Origin: Candidatus Omnitrophota bacterium | GTDB taxonomy: Bacteria > Omnitrophota > Gorgyraeia > Zapsychrales > Fredricksoniimonadaceae | NCBI GenBank assembly: GCA_028870995.1 | Contig: JAGWOI010000008.1 | Coordinates: forward strand, 3,468 to 67,467 | DNA length: 64,000 nt | Direction: 5' to 3' | Shown here: one piece after another, positions 28,509 to 36,980 of the stretch | Layout: the number at the start of each line of letters is the position of its first letter | Position numbering within the stretch: the first letter of the stretch is position 1 | Position numbers and translations under genes: made by a program | Notes under the pieces: generated by a model | Told to the model about the DNA's origin: nothing | The model's input: the letters and a program-made list of their open reading frames with translations, nothing else | Database searches by the model: none

Positions 28509-29441
28509 ATGCGCATTGTTTTCTTCGGCAGTGATGAATTTGCAGCGGTACATCTGGAGGCTTTATTGGCCGCCGGCCAGCAGGTGGCTGCCTGCGTCAC
28601 CGGTCCGGACAAGCCGCAAGGCCGCGGCATGAAACTTACCGTCCCGCCCATTAAGCAAATGGCGCTGGATCGGCAAATCCCTTGCCTTCAGCCGGCATCG
28701 CTTAAAGATAAGGCTGTCACAGAAGCCTTGAAAGCCTATCAGGCTGATATTTTTGTGGTCGTGGCCTACGGGTATCTGTTGACGCAGGAGATCCTGGATA
28801 TCCCCCGCTTTTTATGCATGAACGTTCACGGGTCGCTGCTTCCAAAATACAGGGGCGCGGCACCGGTCAATTGGGCTGTCCTCAATGGCGATAATGAAAC
28901 CGGCGTGAGCATCCAGAAGATGGTGCTGCGTCTTGATGCCGGAGACATTATTGCCCAGGAGAAAATGACGATCGGCGGGGATGAAGATGCCGGACAATTG
29001 CGAGGGCGCATGAGCCGGGTGGGAGCCGGGTTGTTGGTCAAGATTTTGAAGGAACATCCGCAGGGGGATTTCCCTTTGATCCCGCAAGATCAAGCCTTGG
29101 TCACTTATGCACCCAAGTTAACCAAGGACATGGGCAGGATCGACTGGAAAAAGACTGCCGCCTCCGTCAATAATCAGGTGCGCGGCTTGCAGCCCTGGCC
29201 TGGCGCGTACACGTTTTATAAAGGGAAAATGCTTAAAATAATCAAGTTGCTGGTCACGGCTGAAGCCGGCGGCGGCTTTTCGCCGGGCCAGGTGATAAAG
29301 ACGGACAAAAATGGTTTTTATGTGGCCTGTGCGGACAAGGCCCTGCTGGTCAAGGAAGTGCAGCCTGAAGCAGGCCGGGTGATGCCTGCCGCAAGCTTTG
29401 TGGCCGGGTATAAAGTAATACAAGGGAGTTTATTAGAATAA
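28509..29441 (+). CDS. fmt: Methionyl-tRNA formyltransferase
   Basis: PDKPQGRG, VVAYG, NVHGSLLPKYRGAAP, LDAGD and YAPKL. Confidence 0.96.
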   Translation: MRIVFFGSDEFAAVHLEALLAAGQQVAACVTGPDKPQGRGMKLTVPPIKQMALDRQIPCLQPASLKDKAVTEALKAYQADIFVVVAYGYLLTQEILDIPRFLCMNVHGSLLPKYRGAAPVNWAVLNGDNETGVSIQKMVLRLDAGDIIAQEKMTIGGDEDAGQLRGRMSRVGAGLLVKILKEHPQGDFPLIPQDQALVTYAPKLTKDMGRIDWKKTAASVNNQVRGLQPWPGAYTFYKGKMLKIIKLLVTAEAGGGFSPGQVIKTDKNGFYVACADKALLVKEVQPEAGRVMPAASFVAGYKVIQGSLLE

Positions 29442-29463
29442 AAATAGGGAGAGCTTCCTATTT
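29442..29463 (+). terminator. Palindromic hairpin after fmt (terminator-like; member of a dispersed palindrome family)
   Basis: AAATAGGGA-gagc-TTCCTATTT. Confidence 0.55.
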
Positions 29464-29465
29464 AA

Positions 29466-29520
29466 TGATATAATTTCGTTTATGGCCGCTTTCGCTGCAA
29501 TAAAAATTAAGGAAAGCGGC
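29466..29520 (+). promoter_or_regulatory. Extended -10 promoter and 5'-leader hairpin of the galT pair
   Basis: TGaTATAAT at 29466-29474; GCCGCTTTC (29485)...GAAAGCGGC (29520) forms a 9-bp stem. Confidence 0.55.
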
Positions 29521-29558
29521 ACTTTGAATCAGTGGAAAAGCTTAATGGAATTTTAAGG

Positions 29559-30533
29559 ATGTCGCAACTGCGCAAAGATCCTGTTGTCAGTCGTTGGGTG
29601 ATCGTGGCCACAGAACGGGCCCGTCGGCCGGCGGCTTTTGTCGATCCCCAATCCAGTGCGACCGATCCCAAGAACTGTCCTTATTGCCATGATACCGCCT
29701 CAAAGGTGGTGCATGAATCCCATGGCGTCAGGGTCATCAACAGCAGCGGCCCCATCCTGGACGGCAGCAAGCCTTTTGAGCGCCGTGCCCACGGGCTTTA
29801 CGAAGTGGCGCATAGTCACGGCAGCCACGAGATCGTGGTGGAAACGCCCCAGCATGTGGCCAATATGGCGGACCTGCCCGTGGCACAAATTACGGCCGTT
29901 TTCCAGACCTATGCCTTGCGTATGCAAGCCCATCGGGAGAACCCTTTTGTCGAGTATGTGCTGGCCTATAAGAATTATGGCGTCGCCGCGGGCAGCCGTG
30001 CTATCGGGCACGCCCGTTCCCAAATCATGGCCGTACCGGTCCTGCCCATGCGGATCAAGGACAAGACCAGGGGCGCTGAAAAATATTTCGATTACCACGA
30101 GCGCTGCTTGTTTTGCGACATCGTGGCCCAGGAATTAAAGCGGGGCGAACGATTGGTTTCCCAAAACGAGCATTTTGTGGCCGTCACTCCCTTTGCCCCG
30201 CGTTTTCCCTTTGAGACGTGGATCCTGCCCAAGGAGCATCATTGCGATTTCGCGCAAGGGGTCGTCGGCTTCGAGGATTCCCTGGCCGCCCTGATAAAGG
30301 ACGTATTATTACGTTTCAAAATAGGATTAAATGATCCGGCCTACAACTATATGATCCAGACCGCGCCGGTCAAAAGGCCATCCGCATTCAAGGATGATTA
30401 TCATTGGCACATCGAGATCATGCCGCGGTTGACCCGGGTGGCGGGCTTTGAGCGGGGGACGGGTTTTTATATCTGCCCCATCCCACCGGAGATGACCGCC
30501 GATTTTTTAAAAGAGGTTGATATCCATGCCTGA
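29559..30533 (+). CDS. GalT-family protein, copy 1 (nucleophilic His replaced)
   Basis: QLRKDP..RWVI, CPYC, HEIVVE, HARSQ and YHWHIEIMPR. Confidence 0.85.
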   Translation: MSQLRKDPVVSRWVIVATERARRPAAFVDPQSSATDPKNCPYCHDTASKVVHESHGVRVINSSGPILDGSKPFERRAHGLYEVAHSHGSHEIVVETPQHVANMADLPVAQITAVFQTYALRMQAHRENPFVEYVLAYKNYGVAAGSRAIGHARSQIMAVPVLPMRIKDKTRGAEKYFDYHERCLFCDIVAQELKRGERLVSQNEHFVAVTPFAPRFPFETWILPKEHHCDFAQGVVGFEDSLAALIKDVLLRFKIGLNDPAYNYMIQTAPVKRPSAFKDDYHWHIEIMPRLTRVAGFERGTGFYICPIPPEMTADFLKEVDIHA

Positions 30534-31521
30534 GCTCAGACGTGATCCGGTGGTTGGACGCTGGGTCATCATTGACAGCGAGCACCTTAAAACACCCAAG
30601 GATTTTCCCAAGGACGATAACACGCCTATACGGCAGGCGATTTGCCCTTTTTGTCCCGGCCGCGAACATCAAACGCCGCCGGAAGTGGATGCGGTCCGCC
30701 CATCGGGCAGCGCTGCCAATTCGCCGGGCTGGCTGGTGCGCACGGTCCCCAATAAATTCCCGGTGCTGGGCAGCGAGGGTGAGTTTAAAAAGGAAGGGGC
30801 CGGTATCTATGACCAGATGAGCGGCATCGGCGCCCATGAAGTGGTGATCGAAGGTCCTGATCATGATAAGAATCTCGACCAGCTGACGGCTGAAGAGATG
30901 CGCGCCGTTATAGGCCAGTACGGCAGCCGCTTTCGCCAATTGTCCCAGGACAGCCGGTTCAAATATATCGTGATTTTCAAGAATTTTGGCGAGTCGGCCG
31001 GGGCCACCATCGAACATCCTCACAGCCAGATCATTGCCTTGCCCATGGTGCCTAAAACCGTGTTGGAAGAGCTCAAAGGCACCGAGTATTATTATCAGTA
31101 CCATGGGCGTTGTGTTTTATGCGACATCATTTCCCAGGAATATCATGATAAGGAACGTATCGTTGCCGAGAACACCAGCTTCCTGGCTTTCTGTCCCTAT
31201 GCCCCGCGGTATTGCTTTGAAACATGGATCATCCCTAAAGGCCATAGCGCGGACTTTGCCGGCGCCGATGACCAAACCCAGTTTCACCTGGCCCAGATCC
31301 TGCAGGATGTCCTTAAAAAGGTCAAAAAAGCCCTGGGCAATCCTTCCTACAATTATTATCTGCATACGGCGCCGCTGGGATATGCCAACCCGGCCTGTTA
31401 CCATTGGCACATCGAGATCATTCCCAAATTGACCCGTAGCGTCGGTTTTGAATGGGGGACAGGGTTGCATATTGTGCCCACCTTCCCGCAGGATGCGGCC
31501 CGCTATTTAAGGGAAGCTTAA
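30526..31521 (+). CDS. galT: Galactose-1-phosphate uridylyltransferase family, copy 2 (intact)
   Basis: ELRRDP, CPFCPG, NKFP, HPHSQ and YHWHIEI. Confidence 0.9.
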   Translation: MPELRRDPVVGRWVIIDSEHLKTPKDFPKDDNTPIRQAICPFCPGREHQTPPEVDAVRPSGSAANSPGWLVRTVPNKFPVLGSEGEFKKEGAGIYDQMSGIGAHEVVIEGPDHDKNLDQLTAEEMRAVIGQYGSRFRQLSQDSRFKYIVIFKNFGESAGATIEHPHSQIIALPMVPKTVLEELKGTEYYYQYHGRCVLCDIISQEYHDKERIVAENTSFLAFCPYAPRYCFETWIIPKGHSADFAGADDQTQFHLAQILQDVLKKVKKALGNPSYNYYLHTAPLGYANPACYHWHIEIIPKLTRSVGFEWGTGLHIVPTFPQDAARYLREA

Positions 31522-31524
31522 AAT

Positions 31525-31552
31525 TTGACAATACGGACTTTTGAAGTAGAAT
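31525..31552 (+). promoter_or_regulatory. Sigma70 promoter of tRNA-Phe
   Basis: TTGACA-16 bp-TAGAAT, 29 nt upstream of the tRNA. Confidence 0.75.
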
Positions 31553-31581
31553 AAGACTTCCTTAAGCGGCCTTACCATCAT

Positions 31582-31657
31582 GCCGAGTTAGCTCAGGTAG
31601 TAGAGCGCAGGACTGAAAATCCTGGCGTCCCCAGTGCAAGTCTGGGACTCGGCACCA
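31582..31657 (+). tRNA. tRNA-Phe(GAA), CCA encoded
   Basis: 76-nt cloverleaf: GCCGAGT/ACTCGGC, GCTC/GAGC, CAGGA-CTGAAAA-TCCTG and CCCAG-TGCAAGT-CTGGG. Confidence 0.95.
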
Positions 31658-31674
31658 TTTTTTAGAATAATGCC

Positions 31675-31920
31675 ATGCCTAAAGACAGCCAACAACTGAC
31701 GACCCTAAGTAATATGCCTGTGGGGCAAAAGGCCTTGATTGCCGCCTTTGCCGTTGATACCGATCAAGGGGAACATATTCAAAAGATGGGTTTTGTGCCA
31801 GGGGAAATATTGGAAGTGGTCCGGGCCCAAGCCGACCGTATTGAAGTCAAGATCGGTCAGTACTTTGTTTCTTTAAATAAAACTGAGGCCGATTGCATCA
31901 AGGTAAAGCCTTTCTTATAA
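31675..31920 (+). CDS. feoA: FeoA-domain protein
   Basis: LSNMPVGQKA..MGFVPG..VVR..VKI..SL..EA..I.V SH3-like pattern. Confidence 0.8.
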   Translation: MPKDSQQLTTLSNMPVGQKALIAAFAVDTDQGEHIQKMGFVPGEILEVVRAQADRIEVKIGQYFVSLNKTEADCIKVKPFL

Positions 31921-31929
31921 ATCATTTCG

Positions 31930-31982
31930 TTGTCAATTGGATCGGGTTTGCTTATAATACCTCTTCGCTGAAAACAGCGAAG
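31930..31982 (+). promoter_or_regulatory. Sigma70 promoter and leader hairpin of the oxygenase-ELM1 operon
   Basis: TTGTCA-17 bp-TATAAT (31930-31958); CTTCGCTG-aaaa-CAGCGAAG at 31963-31982, just before the SD. Confidence 0.7.
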
Positions 31983-31990
31983 GAAAGGAC

Positions 31991-32629
31991 ATGGCTATGG
32001 GTTCATCTTTGTCTATGATCGATGTGAGCAGGGTCGAAAGCGCCAAGCTGGAGAAGTCCCCTTACGAGTACATCGTGGTTTCAGATTTTATCCGGGGCGA
32101 ATGGAAGGACAAGCTGATCGCCAGCTACCCGCAACTTAAGGCCGCGGGCAGTTTTCCGTTGACGACTGTTTCCTGCAGTCCCGAGTTCAAGCAGCTGATC
32201 GATGAAATGAACTCCGAAGATTTCCGTCGTGCCATTGAATCCAAATTTTCCCTTGATCTTAAAGACAAACCGACAATGTTTACCGTCCGCGGCAAATGTC
32301 GGCTTAAGGACGGTCAGGTCCATACGGATTCGGAAAGCAAGATCATCACCGTCCTACTTTATATGAACCCTTCCTGGGAAAACCAGGGGGGGCGGCTGCG
32401 CCTTTTGAACAGCAATAACATCGACGATATCAAGACCGAAGTGCCGCCGGACGTAGGGACCCTGCTGGTATTCAAACGCTGCGATCATTCCTGGCACGGA
32501 CACCTGCCTTTTGAAGGTGTGCGCAAGGTGATCCAGATGAACTGGGTGACACACCAGAAATTCGTGGACCAGGAGCAAAAACGCCACCGCTGGTCCGCCC
32601 TCTTCAAAATATTCTCCCCGTCGTATTAA
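31991..32629 (+). CDS. 2OG-Fe(II) oxygenase
   Basis: HTD...SWHGH...R facial triad and 2OG-binding Arg; LLYMN, GGRLRL. Confidence 0.88.
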   Translation: MAMGSSLSMIDVSRVESAKLEKSPYEYIVVSDFIRGEWKDKLIASYPQLKAAGSFPLTTVSCSPEFKQLIDEMNSEDFRRAIESKFSLDLKDKPTMFTVRGKCRLKDGQVHTDSESKIITVLLYMNPSWENQGGRLRLLNSNNIDDIKTEVPPDVGTLLVFKRCDHSWHGHLPFEGVRKVIQMNWVTHQKFVDQEQKRHRWSALFKIFSPSY

Positions 32630-32633
32630 AACC

Positions 32634-33587
32634 ATGGCCGCAACCGATCTGCCGACATTATCGTGCTGGGTCGCCAGTCAAGGCCTTATCGGCCTCCAGA
32701 ACCAGGCCGAAGGGCTTGCCCGGGCGCTGGGGTTTCCTTTCACCATAAAAGAGTTCAAAAAACCGCGCGGCTGGCGGCCTTGGCCGCTGCCCCCTGAAAA
32801 ATACGGTTTTCTGCCGCCCTGGCCCGATGTGCTCATCACCTGCGGGTGCCAGAGCGCCGGCCTTTCCGTGGCTGTGCGCCGGGCGAGTCAAGGCAAGACC
32901 TTCACGATCCATATCCAGGACCCGGCCATGGCGCCTAAGCATTTTGATGTGGTGGTGGCTCCCAGCCATGACAAGGTGCGGGGGGAAAATGTTTTTGTGA
33001 GCCAGGGATCGGTGCACCATGTGACCCTGGAGAAGCTTAAAGAGGCGGCCGATCATTTCAGGCCGTTGTTGGGCCGCCTGCCGCGGCCGCTCGTCAGCGT
33101 GCTGGTAGGCGGCTCCAATAGGCACCAGGACTTTTCCACCGTGATTGCCCGTGACTTGGCCGGCAAGCTCTTGGCGGCCGCAAAAGCCAGCGGCGGGGGG
33201 CTGGCGGTCTCGCCTTCGCGGCGGACGGGTGCCGCCAACGAGGCCCTCCTGCGCCAGGAACTACGGGCTGTGCCTTCCTATATATGGGACGGCAGCGGTG
33301 AGAATCCTTATTTTGGCCTTTTGGGCTTAGGGGACGCCATCGTGGTCACCAGCGATTCCGTTTCCATGATTTCCGAAGCCTGTTCCAGCGGCAAACCCGT
33401 CTATATATATGAATTGCCAAACGCCGGCAAAAGGCATAAAATTTTTTTGGAGAGTTTTATTCGACAGGGCCTGGTGAGACTCTTTAAGGGCAGTATTGAG
33501 CCCTGGGAGGCAACAGCGCTCAATGAAACCCAAAAGGCCGTTGATTTTATTCGCTTGCGACTCAAAGAAAGGTGGGGAAGGACATGA
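32634..33587 (+). CDS. ELM1/GtrOC1-family putative glycosyltransferase
   Basis: NQAEGLA, IQDP..FDVVVAPSHD, LVGG, SRRT, NPY and VTSDSVSMISEA. Confidence 0.88.
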   Translation: MAATDLPTLSCWVASQGLIGLQNQAEGLARALGFPFTIKEFKKPRGWRPWPLPPEKYGFLPPWPDVLITCGCQSAGLSVAVRRASQGKTFTIHIQDPAMAPKHFDVVVAPSHDKVRGENVFVSQGSVHHVTLEKLKEAADHFRPLLGRLPRPLVSVLVGGSNRHQDFSTVIARDLAGKLLAAAKASGGGLAVSPSRRTGAANEALLRQELRAVPSYIWDGSGENPYFGLLGLGDAIVVTSDSVSMISEACSSGKPVYIYELPNAGKRHKIFLESFIRQGLVRLFKGSIEPWEATALNETQKAVDFIRLRLKERWGRT

Positions 33588-35533
33588 TAACACCGGTACT
33601 CACTCAGAAAAGATCTCTGGACATTAAAACGTTTAATAATACAGGCGGTTCTTCCGCGCTGTTTAAAGCGCTCGGTCATCCCTTGACCGCATCTAAGATG
33701 AATGGTCTTATCAGTTCCTTGTCCTCGTTGGGCAGGGTGGCGGTCTATGATCCTCTGGGACAGGCGGCAGAGTGGCAGGCCCTTTATGATATCTCTTCCG
33801 TTAAAATTGCCGCTGTTTTTGTCCAGAATGTGGCCGACCTCGACAAGCAGCTGTTGGGTAAGAATACACAGCCGGTGATGGATTTAGCAAAGGCCCAGGC
33901 CGATGCACTGGTGGTGACAGCTTTCGACGCGGCCCGCCTGGTCGCCCAAATCCAGCATTTACTGCCTCAAGGCCTTAAGATATTGTCCTTTGATGATGTC
34001 CGCCTTCCCGATGAATTTCTCACCAACACCCGTCATTACCTTGATCCTTTGAATTTCGCCACCAATTTTGTTTTCTTCAGGGAAGAGGCAGGCCACCACA
34101 CGCGGCTGGTCACGGCCAATTATTGGGCCGGATACAGCCAGAAGGAGGTGGGCCTCTGGTGCTGCCTTTTCGACAAGGACGGCAAGGCCTTGTCCCAGTG
34201 GTGGGAGAAACTTAAAAAAAGCGTTCATACCATCACGCTCGACAGCAAGGAAATCAAGGAGCGCCTGAAGCTGGGGTCATTTACCGGCAGTTTGTTTGTG
34301 CATTTTACCGGTGTCGCCGGCCATGATGTGGCCAAATATGCCTTGGATACGTACGGCGACGTTGAAACCGTGCTTTCCTGCACGCACGATGCCAATCCCT
34401 GGCCCGCGGATCTTTATGCCGGTCTGCCGGCGCCCAAGGAAGGCAGCCAGGTGTTGCTGTGGGTGCAAAACAGCCATCCCTGCCCGATTCCGGCCAACAG
34501 CATCGGCTTAAGTTTCATGGGTTCGGATGAGGTGGTTGTGTATGATAAACCGATCGGTGGTTTTGCTACCGTTGAGCTGGATACGGCAGAGTTTTTCCCG
34601 AAGGCCAGGTGGCCTCAGCAGTTTGAAGTTCATGCGGGCCGGTATTTTGTCCGCCCCCGGTACGAAGTGATCGATCAGGTCAAAGGCCGCTGTCTCATTG
34701 CGCATACCAACGTCGAGCGCACTGATTTGAAGGCCGATCCGGCCATTCCGGCCTTGGGCCGCGTCATGGGCAAAATTTACATCCTGCCCATGCCGGTATT
34801 GCCGGTCGACCGCTGGCAGACGATCGTGCTGCCGACACCGATGTCCACGGCGCAGAAGAATTTGCCGCTGGCCTTGTCGATCTATGACCGTCAGGGCAAG
34901 AAAGTGGCTTCTCATTTTTTGGGGGTATTGGATCGCGCCTCCATTAAGGATTTCAATATCAATGATTTGTTAAGCAAGCGTTCTCCAGAGGATTTTCCCG
35001 AAGGATTCGGTCATGTGGAATTGACCTATGATTTTTCGCAAGGCGGTCAGGCCGACGGCTGGCTGCATGGGCTGGTGCGCTACGAAGACACTCAAAGCGG
35101 TCATAACGCAGAAACCAGCTTCGGTTCCCATATTTTTAATACCGTACTGGTTTATAAAAATGAGCCGCAGTCTTACGCGGGCAGACCGCCGGGCTTGAGC
35201 ACCCGGCTTTTTTTGCGCCTGTGGCCGGGTGAGGAAGTCGATACCTTGTGCCATTTGATCTATCCGGCTTCAACGCCCTGGCATGCTCAGTCTATGACAG
35301 ACCTTATCCTGACCGATGCCGATGGTCGGGAGGTGCACAAGAAAACCGTGCGCATTCCCTGCAGCGGTTCCTTGTTCTGGCGCTATCATGAGATGTTCAG
35401 TCAAGAAGAGCGCCGGCGCGCGGGCAAGAATGCCTACATCATCATCCGTGACATGACCTGCCGCCTGTTCGGTTATCACGGGCTGATCAACGACGGCAAG
35501 GCCTTTTGTCTGGACCACATGTTCGGTTTTTAA
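33584..35533 (+). CDS. Hypothetical 649-aa soluble protein
   Basis: ATGA overlap with ELM1; long ORF; no signal peptide or TM; repeated hhD.dG+.h motifs. Confidence 0.85.
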   Translation: MITPVLTQKRSLDIKTFNNTGGSSALFKALGHPLTASKMNGLISSLSSLGRVAVYDPLGQAAEWQALYDISSVKIAAVFVQNVADLDKQLLGKNTQPVMDLAKAQADALVVTAFDAARLVAQIQHLLPQGLKILSFDDVRLPDEFLTNTRHYLDPLNFATNFVFFREEAGHHTRLVTANYWAGYSQKEVGLWCCLFDKDGKALSQWWEKLKKSVHTITLDSKEIKERLKLGSFTGSLFVHFTGVAGHDVAKYALDTYGDVETVLSCTHDANPWPADLYAGLPAPKEGSQVLLWVQNSHPCPIPANSIGLSFMGSDEVVVYDKPIGGFATVELDTAEFFPKARWPQQFEVHAGRYFVRPRYEVIDQVKGRCLIAHTNVERTDLKADPAIPALGRVMGKIYILPMPVLPVDRWQTIVLPTPMSTAQKNLPLALSIYDRQGKKVASHFLGVLDRASIKDFNINDLLSKRSPEDFPEGFGHVELTYDFSQGGQADGWLHGLVRYEDTQSGHNAETSFGSHIFNTVLVYKNEPQSYAGRPPGLSTRLFLRLWPGEEVDTLCHLIYPASTPWHAQSMTDLILTDADGREVHKKTVRIPCSGSLFWRYHEMFSQEERRRAGKNAYIIIRDMTCRLFGYHGLINDGKAFCLDHMFGF

Positions 35534-35538
35534 AATTT

Positions 35539-36447
35539 ATGGAAAAAAGGTCTCTGCATCCGCAGTTTGCCCATTTCCGCGCCCTTATCAATCGAGAAGG
35601 AAGATCGAATATCCACAGCTCCAGGGAAAGGCATAATCCGCTGTTGGACCTTTACCATTATCTTTTTTCTCTCTCCTGGCCCAAGTTCTTCCTCTGTATC
35701 GCCGCCGTTTATCTGTTGATCAACCTGTGTTTTGGAAGTTTCTATTTTTTCGATGGGGTGGATATCCTAAAGAAGGCATCAGGCCTCCAACGTTTCAGTC
35801 ATTGCTTTTTATTGAGCGTCGAAAATATGACGGCCGTCGATTACAGCAGGGTGGAGCGCGGCAGCGGCGGGGTGTACCTGTTGATGACGGTCCAGGCATT
35901 CCTTGGGCTCCTGACCCTGGCCGTGATCACCGGTCTTTTTTACGCGCGGTTTTCGAGGGCCACCGCCAGGGTCATTTTCAGCAATAAAATCACCATTGCT
36001 CCTTATAACGGCAGGACGTGCCTTTCTTTCAGGATCGCCAATGAACGTTTGAACCAGATTGCGGAAGCCCGGATGTCCCTGCACATGACCAGAAATGAGG
36101 TCAGCCGGGAAGGGGAACATACCCGCAAATTTTATGACCTTAACTTGGAGCGCAGTCATACGCCCTTGTTTTCGTTAAGCTGGACGGTGAGGCACTTTAT
36201 CGACGAATACAGCCCCCTGTTCGGCATGGATGAACAACAAATGAAGGAAGCCCAAATGGGCATCCTGGCGTCGTTGACCGGCACCGACGAGACTTTTTCC
36301 CAGCCCATCATGGCCCGCCATGCGTATTCCGTCGAAGACATTGTTTACAACCGGCGTTTTAAAGATATCATAATATGGCAGGATAAGAAGGTGCATATCA
36401 ATTTAAAAGGCATCCACGACCTGCACGAGGCGGACATGGGCCGCTAA
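35539..36447 (+). CDS. Inward-rectifier (KirBac-like) channel with non-canonical filter
   Basis: DLYHY..SW slide helix, two TMs, GLFYARFSR, FRIANER, LSWTVRH.IDEYSPL and GTDET. Confidence 0.88.
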   Translation: MEKRSLHPQFAHFRALINREGRSNIHSSRERHNPLLDLYHYLFSLSWPKFFLCIAAVYLLINLCFGSFYFFDGVDILKKASGLQRFSHCFLLSVENMTAVDYSRVERGSGGVYLLMTVQAFLGLLTLAVITGLFYARFSRATARVIFSNKITIAPYNGRTCLSFRIANERLNQIAEARMSLHMTRNEVSREGEHTRKFYDLNLERSHTPLFSLSWTVRHFIDEYSPLFGMDEQQMKEAQMGILASLTGTDETFSQPIMARHAYSVEDIVYNRRFKDIIIWQDKKVHINLKGIHDLHEADMGR

Positions 36448-36453
36448 CGGGAT

Positions 36454-36969
36454 ATGATAAGGATATATTCAGGTTCGAGAGGTTTCGGGTTCCTTCTTTT
36501 TTTTATCCTGGGAATTTTCCTGCTTTTGCTGGTTTTCTTTTGGGGTATAACGGCCATCATGCAGCTGCTGCTGCCGTTATTGATCGTGGTCTCTTACCTG
36601 ACGATCATTGTTTTTGTCATGGGGTTCCTTCCGGCCACCTCCATTAAGCGTTTGCGCCCTGCCCTCAGCAGGTATTCACTGTTGATGTCCTATTGCCTGG
36701 GTACGGCTGCCTGGATATTGGCTTTTCTGTTTGTCATCCGCGCTTTCGGGTTCCTCGGCGTGGTGTTTGCCTTTTTCTTCAAATACCTGGGGTTTATCGC
36801 GCTCGCCGGCGCGCTGGCCAAGGGGGCCTGGCATGTGGCTGCCCATTTGGCCTTATGGTCCATCTTCGCCTATGTCACGAAATTCTATAGCCAATGGCTG
36901 TTGACGTTAAAGTCCTACGGCCGCCAAAGGAGCGGTAATATCATTGACATACAGGCCAGGGAGGTTTAG
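36454..36969 (+). CDS. Hypothetical integral membrane protein
   Basis: About five hydrophobic segments; C-terminal IIDIQAREV. Confidence 0.7.
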   Translation: MIRIYSGSRGFGFLLFFILGIFLLLLVFFWGITAIMQLLLPLLIVVSYLTIIVFVMGFLPATSIKRLRPALSRYSLLMSYCLGTAAWILAFLFVIRAFGFLGVVFAFFFKYLGFIALAGALAKGAWHVAAHLALWSIFAYVTKFYSQWLLTLKSYGRQRSGNIIDIQAREV

Positions 36970-36980
36970 AGTAATTTTTT

